Shown piece after piece: positions 10,464-19,058 of a DNA stretch of 64,000 bases (positions are counted from its first letter, which is position 1; each line of letters starts with the position of its first letter). Made by a program: the position numbers and the translations under genes. The notes below the pieces were generated by a model that made no database searches, was not told the DNA's origin, and saw only the letters and a list, made by a program, of their open reading frames with translations. The stretch comes from an uncultured Brevifollis sp. Lineage in GTDB: Bacteria; Verrucomicrobiota; Verrucomicrobiia; Verrucomicrobiales; Verrucomicrobiaceae. The stretch covers positions 31,100-95,099 of the forward strand of contig CAZOVY010000004.1 in assembly GCA_964583255.1 (NCBI GenBank). The letters run 5' to 3'.

Positions 10464-10910
10464 TTACTCCTTTGCCCGCGAGTCCATCCAGATCGTCACG
10501 GGGCCGTCATTGATTAAAGACACCTGCATGTCGGCACCAAAGACACCGCGCTTTACCGGCACCTCAGTCGCCAAAAGAATGATGAAATGTTCATAAAGTG
10601 GGATCGCCTGCTCGGGCCGCGCCGCACGCGTGAAGCCGGGGCGGTTGCCTTTCTTCGTGCTCGCATGAAGCGTGAACTGGCTCACCACCAGCACGCTGCC
10701 GCCCACTTCCTTCACGCCCAGGTTCATCTTGCCCTCTACATCGCTGAAGATCCGCATCTGGGCGATCTTTCCCGCCAGCCATTCCGCATCCTCCGCCGTG
10801 TCCTCATGCTCCACACCGAGCAGCACGACGAGTCCGTGCGAGATGCTGCCGGTAATTTCTCCGGCGATGGTGACAGAGGCTTGCTTCGAGCGTTGGATCA
10901 GGGCGCGCAT
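10464..10910 (-). CDS. dtd: D-aminoacyl-tRNA deacylase
   Basis: [17 protein letters not shown] and NDGPVT signature motifs. Confidence 0.97.
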   Translation of the reverse strand: MRALIQRSKQASVTIAGEITGSISHGLVVLLGVEHEDTAEDAEWLAGKIAQMRIFSDVEGKMNLGVKEVGGSVLVVSQFTLHASTKKGNRPGFTRAARPEQAIPLYEHFIILLATEVPVKRGVFGADMQVSLINDGPVTIWMDSRAKE

Positions 10911-11008
10911 GGGAAAAGGATGAAGGGGACTGTCCAGAAAGCCAGCTTTCCCTTGCGGAAAGGCGGCTCTGGCGCTCCTTACGCGCCGTTTTCAACCCTA
11001 CTCAACTT

Positions 11009-12790
11009 ATGTCAACCGACGCCAAAACTCAGATCGCGCTCATGGAGAAAATTGTCTCCCTCTGCAAGCGCCGCGGCTTCATCTTTCAAAGCAGCGAGAT
11101 CTACGGCGGCTGTGGCGGCGTGTGGGACTACGGCCCGCTCGGTGCCGAGCTGAAGCGCAATCTGCGCACCGCCTGGTGGAATGCGATGACTCGCGAGCGT
11201 GAAGACGTGCTCGGCCTGGATGCCAGCATTCTCATGAATCCCGCGATCTGGAAGGCCAGCGGTCATGTGGATACCTTTGCCGATCTCATGCGCGAGTGCT
11301 CTCTGACCAACAAGCGTGTGCGTGCCGACCATGTCGATCCGCAGTCCGGCACCGTGCTGAAATACACGGGCGCGCAGGCTCCGAACGGCTGGCGCTGGGA
11401 CCGTGTCATCACGGCGTTGATGAAGAATGGCGAGCACATCGAGAGCTTCCGCAAACGTGTCCGTGCGCTCATCGCGCAGAACGCCGGTGAGTCGGCAGGC
11501 AAGCCTGAGGAGATCGAGCTGCTGAATGAAGAGAAGATCGACACTGTGAATGGCAGTGTCGATTTCCATCCTGAAACCGGCGGCATGTTGGGCGAGACGC
11601 GGCCTTTCAATCTCATGCTCAAAACCTACCTCGGCCCGACAGCGACCGAGGCTGATGTCACCTACCTGCGGCCTGAAACCGCGCAGGCCATCTTTGCTCA
11701 ATTCAAGAACGTCTTCGACGCCAGCCGCGTGAAAGTTCCCTTCGGCATCTGCCAGATCGGCAAGGCCTTTCGCAATGAAGTGACTCCGAAGAATTTTACT
11801 TTTCGCAGCCGTGAGTTCGAGCAGATGGAACTCGAGTTTTTCATTAAGCCGGATGAAGCCGTGGAGATCATCAGCGGCGAAGTCGCCGCCTGGAGCGAAG
11901 GCGCGGATCTGAGTGAGCCGCAGCCGAACTGGGGCTGGGATCTGTGGCATCGTTACTGGGTCGATCAGCGCACGAAGTTCTATGAAGGCATCGGCCTCGG
12001 TGGCGTGCTGGAGTATTACTGGCAGACGAATGACGACCTGGCCCACTACGCCCGCGCTTGTGTGGACATCCTGTGCAACTTCCCTTTCGGCACCGAGGAG
12101 CTGGAAGGCATCGCCGCGCGTGGAGCCTTCGATTTGACCGCCCATCAAAACGCCAGCGGCAAGACGCAGGAAGTCTTCGACGAAGAACTCAAAGTGGCCG
12201 CCGCCAAGCTCACGGATGAGCAGAAGGAAGCCATGATTCAGAAGCGTCTCGCTACCGAGCAGGCCAAGGTCAAAGGCGCGCCCATGCCTGAAGCCGATGT
12301 GCGTGCGTGGTTCGAGCGTCTCTTCAAAGGCAACTTCGTCCCGCACGTCATCGAGCCCTCCGCCGGTCTCGACCGCATGGCGCTGGCGATCATTGCGAAT
12401 GCTTTCACGGAGACCGAGAAGACCGATGAAAAAGGCAAGAAGGAAACCATCACGGTTTTGAAACTGCATCCGCGCGTGGCTCCGATCAAAGTCGGCGTCT
12501 TCCCGCTGCTGAAGAACAAGCCTGAACTCGTGGCGAAAGCTCGTGAGGTCTATGCGCTGCTGAAGAAGCACATGAACGTCTTTTACGACGAGACAGCCAG
12601 CATCGGCCGCCGCTATGCCCGTCAGGACGAAGTCGGTACACCCTTCGGCATTACCATCGACTTCGACTCCCTCGGCGAAAAAGGCCCCGAGCTGCTGGAC
12701 ACCGTCACCCTCCGCTACCGCGACAGCGGCGACCAAGAGCGCGTGAAGATCAGCGAGTTGCTCGGGAAGCTGCTGCCGCTGGTGTCGTGA
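11009..12790 (+). CDS. glyQS: Glycine--tRNA ligase (alpha2/GlyQS type)
   Basis: KRRGF..SSEIYGG, LRPETAQ, GKAFRNE, REFEQ, EPSAG and IGRRYARQDEVGTP. Confidence 0.96.
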   Translation: MSTDAKTQIALMEKIVSLCKRRGFIFQSSEIYGGCGGVWDYGPLGAELKRNLRTAWWNAMTREREDVLGLDASILMNPAIWKASGHVDTFADLMRECSLTNKRVRADHVDPQSGTVLKYTGAQAPNGWRWDRVITALMKNGEHIESFRKRVRALIAQNAGESAGKPEEIELLNEEKIDTVNGSVDFHPETGGMLGETRPFNLMLKTYLGPTATEADVTYLRPETAQAIFAQFKNVFDASRVKVPFGICQIGKAFRNEVTPKNFTFRSREFEQMELEFFIKPDEAVEIISGEVAAWSEGADLSEPQPNWGWDLWHRYWVDQRTKFYEGIGLGGVLEYYWQTNDDLAHYARACVDILCNFPFGTEELEGIAARGAFDLTAHQNASGKTQEVFDEELKVAAAKLTDEQKEAMIQKRLATEQAKVKGAPMPEADVRAWFERLFKGNFVPHVIEPSAGLDRMALAIIANAFTETEKTDEKGKKETITVLKLHPRVAPIKVGVFPLLKNKPELVAKAREVYALLKKHMNVFYDETASIGRRYARQDEVGTPFGITIDFDSLGEKGPELLDTVTLRYRDSGDQERVKISELLGKLLPLVS

Positions 12791-12814
12791 TTTAATCTGC
12801 TATCTCGTTCACCG

Positions 12815-13384
12815 ATGAGTCCGTCCGAAGTCTTCAAAAGAGAGCGGACGGACTACTTCCAGGCGCTTGAGTCGTGCCTTGCAGATATTCGGAAGTCGCA
12901 CCCAAACGCAGTGTCCGAGGTGCTCGTTGAACTGAACACACCTGAGATTCCGCGCCCATACCGCCTGATGCGCCCGGACATTCTTTACAAGCAGGGAGCA
13001 GAGCCGAAGATATTAAGAGTCGAGAAAGCAGAAGTGCTTTCATTCGAGCCTCTCGACATATCTCTGGCCTGCGGTGTCCCGATGAAAATGCATCCCTTTC
13101 AATGGGATAAGCTGGAACTACGGCTTCATGGCGATGTGAACGACTGGCTGCCTTTTGAAGAATGGGTCTGTAAATGGCTCGATGTTGAAGACGTCAAATC
13201 ATCACCCGATATGGATTTTGCGGGCTTGATTCACCAAGTCAGTCAGCCCGTTAAAGATGATGGCGTCTGGACACTCTGCATCGACATGGGGAGTGCTGAT
13301 CTCGAAGCCTTGAATGAACTTTTGGGCGTGTTGGGAACGCTAGCGGTTCAACAGGTTGAGATGGGGGATTTTGCCAACGGCTGA
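12815..13384 (+). CDS. Hypothetical protein
   Basis: 189-aa ORF with ATG start just downstream of glyQS. No recognised motif. Confidence 0.65.
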   Translation: MSPSEVFKRERTDYFQALESCLADIRKSHPNAVSEVLVELNTPEIPRPYRLMRPDILYKQGAEPKILRVEKAEVLSFEPLDISLACGVPMKMHPFQWDKLELRLHGDVNDWLPFEEWVCKWLDVEDVKSSPDMDFAGLIHQVSQPVKDDGVWTLCIDMGSADLEALNELLGVLGTLAVQQVEMGDFANG

Positions 13385-13577
13385 GTTGCGAGGACGCTTG
13401 AAGTAGGTCGAGAATATCTAGCGAAAAGAACTTCGAAAAACAGCTCGATTTTGTTCGCTCGACTTCCTGACTCAGGCGGGAGTTGCTCGGTCTTCGGAAA
13501 CTCCAAGCGATCTGGAAGTTCGGCGAAGAAGCAGGTGAGTGTTATCGACAGTCAGCGCGCCAGGCAGTTCCAACCTG

Positions 13578-13892
13578 CTATGCACTGGTTTTCTCTGCCT
13601 CACAACTCCAGCAGACCTCGAAGCTGCTCGGATTGATCTCGCCGCACTTGGCGCAGGTCCAATCTGCGCCAGTCGATGCCGCGATGTCATTCAGCGGCTT
13701 CAAAAGCGCGACAGCCTCGTCGTAGCTGTCGTCATCAAGGATGCAGAGTGTCGGCTGAACCACGGGTGACATCATGTTCACCAGCCATGGAGAGTTTTCA
13801 TTCTGGATGTAAGAGGCAATCCCCGCACCTTCCAGCACCGACTGACAAAGCCCGATGCGGCTGGAATCCATGTTGGAGTAGAGCTCTTTCAT
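13578..13892 (-). CDS. DUF2007-like protein with C-terminal RanBP2-type zinc finger (alternative GTG start at 13904)
   Basis: N-terminal LE.AGI..YIQNE motif, then WTCAKCGEIN...FEVCWSC. Confidence 0.8.
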   Translation of the reverse strand: MKELYSNMDSSRIGLCQSVLEGAGIASYIQNENSPWLVNMMSPVVQPTLCILDDDSYDEAVALLKPLNDIAASTGADWTCAKCGEINPSSFEVCWSCEAEKTSA

Positions 13893-13900
13893 GGCTGGGC

Positions 13901-14248
13901 TCACACCTCAAATTCATCCGCCGGATCAAAGGGTGGCATGGGGATGTTGATGATCTTGAGTTTGCCGACGGCGCGATGCACGCAGCCGGGGCGGATCATG
14001 ACGGAGGTCATCGGTTTGAGTGGGATACGCTCGCCGTCGGCTTCGAGATAACCTTCGCCTTCCAGCACGATGTAGATCTCCGTCATCTTCTGATGGTAGT
14101 GCGCCTTACTGTCCGCATGGATGTCCGTGAGATGCACGGTGGCCAGGGTGTTCCAAGGCTCTTTGAAAGCACGACGCGCTTGCCCGCAGGGACAAGGAGT
14201 CGGCGGGATTTCATCGAGCTGAGCGACTGCGAAGCGGGGAGTGGACAT
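13901..14248 (-). CDS. Cupin domain protein
   Basis: HYHQKMTEIYIVLEGEG and IRPGCVHRA cupin motifs; N-terminal CPCG. Confidence 0.9.
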   Translation of the reverse strand: MSTPRFAVAQLDEIPPTPCPCGQARRAFKEPWNTLATVHLTDIHADSKAHYHQKMTEIYIVLEGEGYLEADGERIPLKPMTSVMIRPGCVHRAVGKLKIINIPMPPFDPADEFEV

Positions 14249-14280
14249 AAATGACGAATGACGAAATCTGAATGACGAAG
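14249..14280. repeat. Short heptamer tandem repeat (AATGACG-type)
   Basis: aaatgacg-aatgacg-aaatctg-aatgacg read directly between the toxin and cupin genes. Confidence 0.7.
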
Positions 14281-14284
14281 TGAA

Positions 14285-14623
14285 TCACTGACGCTGGTTC
14301 TCTTGGACGAAGGTCGCTACATCACGAGCGGCGTGAAGGACATAGAGGATGCGGACACCCGTGTTGTCTGGCAGCGGGCGGTAATAGATGAGGTAGTTCG
14401 GATAAACTGTGACGGTGAACATTCGGATGCCGTGAAGGACTTTGCGGATTGGATGGAACTCTGTGCCCAACATCGGCTGTGCAGCCAAGAGAATGAAAGT
14501 CTCTCGGATGGCAGTCACGACAGCTCTGGCGGCATCAGGATTGTCGAGGATGATATATTCCGCGATCTCCACCAAGTCGATGTCCTCGACATCGGGGTGC
14601 ATGTGTTCATACGGATCAAACAT
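14285..14623 (-). CDS. RelE/ParE family type II toxin
   Basis: DL.EIAEYI..DNPDAA, P.LG, YLIYYR and VRILYVLHAARD; overlaps the upstream small gene. Confidence 0.88.
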   Translation of the reverse strand: MFDPYEHMHPDVEDIDLVEIAEYIILDNPDAARAVVTAIRETFILLAAQPMLGTEFHPIRKVLHGIRMFTVTVYPNYLIYYRPLPDNTGVRILYVLHAARDVATFVQENQRQ

Positions 14624-14900
14624 GAGCTTCGCGCTGGCGAACTCTTGCCATGGCTTTTCCCATCACCCGATCCACCAAGTCATGCGGGACCGGCATAAAA
14701 GGCCCCTTGTCCCGTTCTTCCAAAATGTCTTCTAGCTGCTTCTGCCCAGGGTCAGAGTTGGTGGGTTCATTCTCCTCCCGCTCCATGGAATAGAGAACAT
14801 GAGAGATGAGGTACCTCTCCGGCGTCGTGTTTTCGTTCTCTGCCTGACGGGTCAGCCAGGGCATGGCTGCTTCGGGGAAATCAATAGTAAGCTGCGGCAT
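14616..14900 (-). CDS. Putative antitoxin (RHH/ParD-like)
   Basis: 94 aa with N-terminal LTIDFPE beta-strand and acidic C-terminal half. Its stop overlaps the toxin start by 8 nt. Confidence 0.7.
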   Translation of the reverse strand: MPQLTIDFPEAAMPWLTRQAENENTTPERYLISHVLYSMEREENEPTNSDPGQKQLEDILEERDKGPFMPVPHDLVDRVMGKAMARVRQREAHV

Positions 14901-14942
14901 GGCATGAAGTTATCATGCCACATCAAACTCGGCACGACCTTT

Positions 14943-16229
14943 TTACAAAGCCGTCAGCGCCGCTGACGCCACCTCCGCCGTGCGGGCCATGTCGGCTTCG
15001 TCGTGGGCGAGGCTGATGAAGCCGGTCTCGAACTGGCTGGGGGCGAAGTACACGCCGTTGTCGAGGCAGTGGTGGAAGAACTTGCGGAAGGCGGCGAGGT
15101 CGGAGGTCTTGGCGTCTTGCAGGTTGTGGACTTCTTTCTCGGTGAAGAATAGGCAGAACATGCTGCCTTTGCGATACCAGCGATAGCCGAGGCCTTTGCG
15201 TTTCAACACGTCGAGCACGGCGTCCTCCATGATCTTGCCGATGGCTTCGAGGTGCTTGTAGCCTTGTTGTTTATCCAGCTCATGAAGTTGCGCGAGTCCG
15301 GCAGCGAGTGCGACAGGATTGCCGCTGAGCGTGCCGGCTTGATACACGGGGCCGAGCGGGGCTAGGTAGTCCATGATGTCTGCACGACCACCAAAGGCTC
15401 CGACAGGCAACCCGCCGCCGATGACTTTGCCGAGGCAGGTCAGATCTGGCGTGATGCCTTCCAGCTCCTGCACGCCGCCTTTGGCTAGACGGAAGCCGGT
15501 CATGACTTCATCGAAGATGAGGACGGTTCCGTACTTCGTGGTGATGTCGCGCAGCTTTTGCAGGAAGCCGGGCTTTGGCAAAATGAGGCCTGCATTGGCA
15601 GGGTAGGGCTCGACGATGAGGGCGGCGATCTCGTGGCCTTTCTTTTCAAACAACTCTTCGAGGGCGGCTTCGTCGTTGAAGGGCAGCACGCTGGTCAGCT
15701 CGGCAAAGGCCCGCGGTACGCCGGCGCTGTCGGGATGACCATGCGTCAAAGCGCCACTGCCTGCGGCGACGAGGAGGCTGTCGCTATGGCCGTGGTAGCA
15801 GCCGTCGAACTTCACGAGTCGATCACGTCCGGTGAAGCCACGCGCGAGACGAATGGCGGACATGGTGGCTTCGGTGCCGCTGCTGACCATGCGCACTTTT
15901 TGGATCGAAGGCACCCACTCGCAGATCGTGCGGGCCATCTCAACTTCATAAGGATTCGGGATGCCGAAGCTGACGCCTTCTTTGGCGGCATTGTGGATGG
16001 CCTCAATAACGGGACGCGGAGCATGACCGAGGATGGCCGGGCCCCAGGTCCCGACGAAGTCGATCATCTCACGACCATCGACATCCCAGATGCGGCTGCC
16101 TTTGGCACGGCGGACAAAGAAGGGATCGCCTCCGACATTGCGAAACGCGCGCACGGGCGAGTTCACACCGCCGGGGATGTATTGCTTGGCGAGATCGAAG
16201 AGCTTGGTTGAGATGGGTCCGTTGGGCAT
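14943..16229 (-). CDS. hemL: Glutamate-1-semialdehyde 2,1-aminomutase
   Basis: [34 protein letters not shown] (PLP lysine) and [10 protein letters not shown]. Start taken at MPNGP. Confidence 0.97.
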   Translation of the reverse strand: MPNGPISTKLFDLAKQYIPGGVNSPVRAFRNVGGDPFFVRRAKGSRIWDVDGREMIDFVGTWGPAILGHAPRPVIEAIHNAAKEGVSFGIPNPYEVEMARTICEWVPSIQKVRMVSSGTEATMSAIRLARGFTGRDRLVKFDGCYHGHSDSLLVAAGSGALTHGHPDSAGVPRAFAELTSVLPFNDEAALEELFEKKGHEIAALIVEPYPANAGLILPKPGFLQKLRDITTKYGTVLIFDEVMTGFRLAKGGVQELEGITPDLTCLGKVIGGGLPVGAFGGRADIMDYLAPLGPVYQAGTLSGNPVALAAGLAQLHELDKQQGYKHLEAIGKIMEDAVLDVLKRKGLGYRWYRKGSMFCLFFTEKEVHNLQDAKTSDLAAFRKFFHHCLDNGVYFAPSQFETGFISLAHDEADMARTAEVASAALTAL

Positions 16230-16254
16230 TGCGAAACGGATACGCGGGAGGCCG

Positions 16255-16794
16255 TCAGCGTCGAACAAAAGCTTGCTGTGCTGCCGCGACAATCTCTTCC
16301 ACAGGCGCGAGACGCCCGACACCTTCATAGCCACAGGCGAGCAAACCTTCAGCGGGATCGACGAAACTGACGCCCCAGGCTTTGAGCGTTTCGACATTCC
16401 GCAGAGTGGCAGGGTGCTGCCACATTTTGCCATTCATCGCCGGAGCGATGAGGATCGGGGCGCGCGTGGCGAGTGCGATGGCTGTCAGCGCATCATTGGC
16501 GAAGCCGTGGGCGAGTGCGGCGAGTGTATTGGCCGAGGCAGGAGCGATGAGCAGGAGATCGGCGTCATCGGCGAGCTGGATGTGGCCGGGCTGCCAGCCT
16601 TCCTTTTCGGCAAAGAGATCGGTGATGACCGGGCGACGAGACAAGGTGGAGAGCGTGAGTGGCGTGACGAACTCCACAGCGCCTTTACTCAGCACGCAGG
16701 TGACCTGATGCCCGGCTTTGGTGAGCTGGCTAGCGATGTCCGCAGCCTTGTAGGCGGCGATTGAGCCAGTGATGCCGAGAACGATGTTTGCCAT
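16255..16794 (-). CDS. coaC: Phosphopantothenoylcysteine decarboxylase (stand-alone CoaC flavoprotein)
   Basis: [28 protein letters not shown] and LACG..GVGRL. No fused CoaB domain. Confidence 0.9.
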   Translation of the reverse strand: MANIVLGITGSIAAYKAADIASQLTKAGHQVTCVLSKGAVEFVTPLTLSTLSRRPVITDLFAEKEGWQPGHIQLADDADLLLIAPASANTLAALAHGFANDALTAIALATRAPILIAPAMNGKMWQHPATLRNVETLKAWGVSFVDPAEGLLACGYEGVGRLAPVEEIVAAAQQAFVRR

Positions 16795-16813
16795 GAGGCA
16801 GACTGAATGCCGG

Positions 16814-16840
16814 AAGCTGAAAACTGAAAGCTGAAATTGC
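16814..16840. repeat. Short heptamer tandem repeat (AA[AG]CTGA)
   Basis: aagctga-aaactga-aagctga-aattgc in the divergent intergenic region. Confidence 0.6.
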
Positions 16841-16870
16841 AATCCAGCCATCTCAGAGCGACCCCACTGC

Positions 16871-17365
16871 ATGTCTTTCCTCAAACGAATCGAAGTCTGG
16901 GTGCTCCTGCTGCTCGGAGGTGGTGCAGCCATCTGGGTGTTCTTGGACAAACCTGTCGTCGAGGGTGATCCCCAGCGGATTGAGTCCACGAGCTCTGAAG
17001 CGGCGCTGGTGATCCACCGCTGTACCCTGGAGCGTGACTTTGGCAATGCGCGGCTCGACATCGAACTGCGCTACCAGAATGCGAGTCCGCGCCCTTTGAT
17101 TCTCCAGCCGCCGGATGTGAAATTGCTGACGGGCGATGGCAAACAAGTGCCGCCTTTTATCTTGGCCACAGAGAAGCCACCGGAGATCGCGGCGCAGACA
17201 TCACGGAATGTGCGGCTGCGTTACTGGCTGGATAAAGCACACCTACAGGGCACGCTCGCGTTAGACATACGCGGCACTACGGCTGAGGTGAAAAACGCGA
17301 CAACTCTGGAACTAGAGAAGATGGAGAATCGGAAGCCGAAGACCTGGCCGAGCAGCATCCGCTGA
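16871..17365 (+). CDS. Hypothetical membrane-anchored protein
   Basis: N-terminal TM helix followed by a beta-rich domain. Confidence 0.65.
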   Translation: MSFLKRIEVWVLLLLGGGAAIWVFLDKPVVEGDPQRIESTSSEAALVIHRCTLERDFGNARLDIELRYQNASPRPLILQPPDVKLLTGDGKQVPPFILATEKPPEIAAQTSRNVRLRYWLDKAHLQGTLALDIRGTTAEVKNATTLELEKMENRKPKTWPSSIR

Positions 17366-17368
17366 GGG

Positions 17369-17728
17369 TCACTTGGCCCGAGGCAGCGACTGGGTGAGCA
17401 GGTTGAAGAATTCATTCTCCTCAGCGGTCATGCCATCGCTCTCCAGGATCTTTTCTACGACGTCGCAGACTTCCTTTTGAGAAGCTTTGGTCGTGAAGGC
17501 GGCTGCGCTTTCGTTGAGATAATCAAACACAGTTTCATCACTCTCAGCAGCCTCACGCGCACGGGCGAAGGATTCCTCGATGAAGAGATTTTTTGGATAG
17601 TCCGACTTCCAACCTTTTTTCACAAAGGTCTGCTGGAGCAGATCCTCCTCGGCGAGCGAGATGTGAGCATCGGCATAGATGGAGAGGGCAAGGAGATCGA
17701 AGAGTGCTTCGCGTTGCGGCTGAGTCAT
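17369..17728 (-). CDS. TerB-like helical domain protein
   Basis: ADAHISLAEE and ESDGMTAEE acidic motifs resembling the two TerB-fold loops. Confidence 0.6.
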   Translation of the reverse strand: MTQPQREALFDLLALSIYADAHISLAEEDLLQQTFVKKGWKSDYPKNLFIEESFARAREAAESDETVFDYLNESAAAFTTKASQKEVCDVVEKILESDGMTAEENEFFNLLTQSLPRAK

Positions 17729-17787
17729 GGCGTGGACTATTCCATGGCGAGCGCTGAAAAATGTCCATCTTAAAAATGGTCGTCACT

Positions 17788-19014
17788 TCATTCTTTTCGC
17801 AGCTCGTGCCGAAGATCCGTGAGGCCTTCGCGAATCTTGAAGAGTTCTGCGCGCCAGTTTTCAAAGCGCGGACGGTGCGCAGCATACTGCTCCAGGGCAT
17901 CCAGATCATTGAGTGCGGCGAGTGCTTCATTGGCCCAGTTCAGGCAACGTTTGGTGATGGCGAGGATGTAACCAGTGTCGTCATCGACATCCATCCGCCG
18001 AGAGCTGAGTGCTCCCGCCAGCTTGCCGCTGATCTTCATCGTGTTTGATGTGAAGCGGTCCAGCGGGTGCTCCGGTGATTCACCTCGCAGCTCGTTTAGG
18101 CCGACTTCACGCATCTCATGGATCAGGCGTATGATGAACTCTTGCGCGGCTACTTGCAGTGGGTGTGGCTCCTTCTTTTCAGGCTCTCTCCAGTCTTCGC
18201 TTTCCACTTCAGCACAGGCGGCATTCATCTGCTCGATCCATTCATGACGGCGCTGCTTCTCTTCGCTGTCATCCACAGAGGGCTCCACACCTTCCTGCTC
18301 ATCCGCCATGTCTTCGATGAGGTGATCCCAGCCCATGACAAAGGCAATCTTCTCCTCGTTGTCGTCATCTTCGGAGTACTTATCATGCGCCTCCATGCTG
18401 GCGTCGGTGACTCGGTCAGAGGCCTTGAGCTGCTCTTCCCATTGTTCTTCGGTCAGCTCCATTACTTCATCCTCAGCGTCCTCCTCAGAGGTGGGTTCCC
18501 GACGCTGGATGATGTCTCCGAGATACTCACGCATGGAGTGCATGTTTGCCATTCTTTGGGCGGCCTCTTCATCCTCATCCATCTCCCAGGCGTGTTCGTT
18601 GACCACGATCTCGAAGTCGGCGCTCTCGATGACGCAGCGCCCGTGCTCAGCAGTGAACCATTCGAGATAGAGACTGTTGCGCCACTCGGTGGGGACTTCG
18701 TCGATACGGTCCTGACGATATGCCTCGCGCCATTCATCCTCCGGCACGGTGAAGATTTTTACTTTTCGTGACGCGGTAATGTCACCCACGACACCGCTTT
18801 GAATCGCCGGTAAAAGCACCGCCATTTGCTGCGGCTCAGGACTGCGATTTACAAAGCTCAGCCGAGTTCCCGCCACGTCCCGCCAGGCGTCGCCCGAGAG
18901 ATCCAGGAAGACTGGCTCCTGCCTGCCCACGATCTCCAGCCGCACCTGCACGCGACCACGCTCCGTGTTGTCGAGCTCTCCGCGGATGATTGCTGTGTCG
19001 ATGCGCCATGCCAT
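17788..19014 (-). CDS. Hypothetical acidic protein
   Basis: Long ORF starting MAWRID..IIRGELDNT, with a strongly D/E-rich middle and helical C-terminus. Confidence 0.75.
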   Translation of the reverse strand: MAWRIDTAIIRGELDNTERGRVQVRLEIVGRQEPVFLDLSGDAWRDVAGTRLSFVNRSPEPQQMAVLLPAIQSGVVGDITASRKVKIFTVPEDEWREAYRQDRIDEVPTEWRNSLYLEWFTAEHGRCVIESADFEIVVNEHAWEMDEDEEAAQRMANMHSMREYLGDIIQRREPTSEEDAEDEVMELTEEQWEEQLKASDRVTDASMEAHDKYSEDDDNEEKIAFVMGWDHLIEDMADEQEGVEPSVDDSEEKQRRHEWIEQMNAACAEVESEDWREPEKKEPHPLQVAAQEFIIRLIHEMREVGLNELRGESPEHPLDRFTSNTMKISGKLAGALSSRRMDVDDDTGYILAITKRCLNWANEALAALNDLDALEQYAAHRPRFENWRAELFKIREGLTDLRHELRKE

Positions 19015-19058
19015 GCAAGACGCTATGAGAGTTTTCGCCTGAAAGGCAACTGCAATGA

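Noticed and set aside
13385..13577. Possible gene remnant between convergent genes
   Set aside because: Only short interrupted frames with no recognisable homology.
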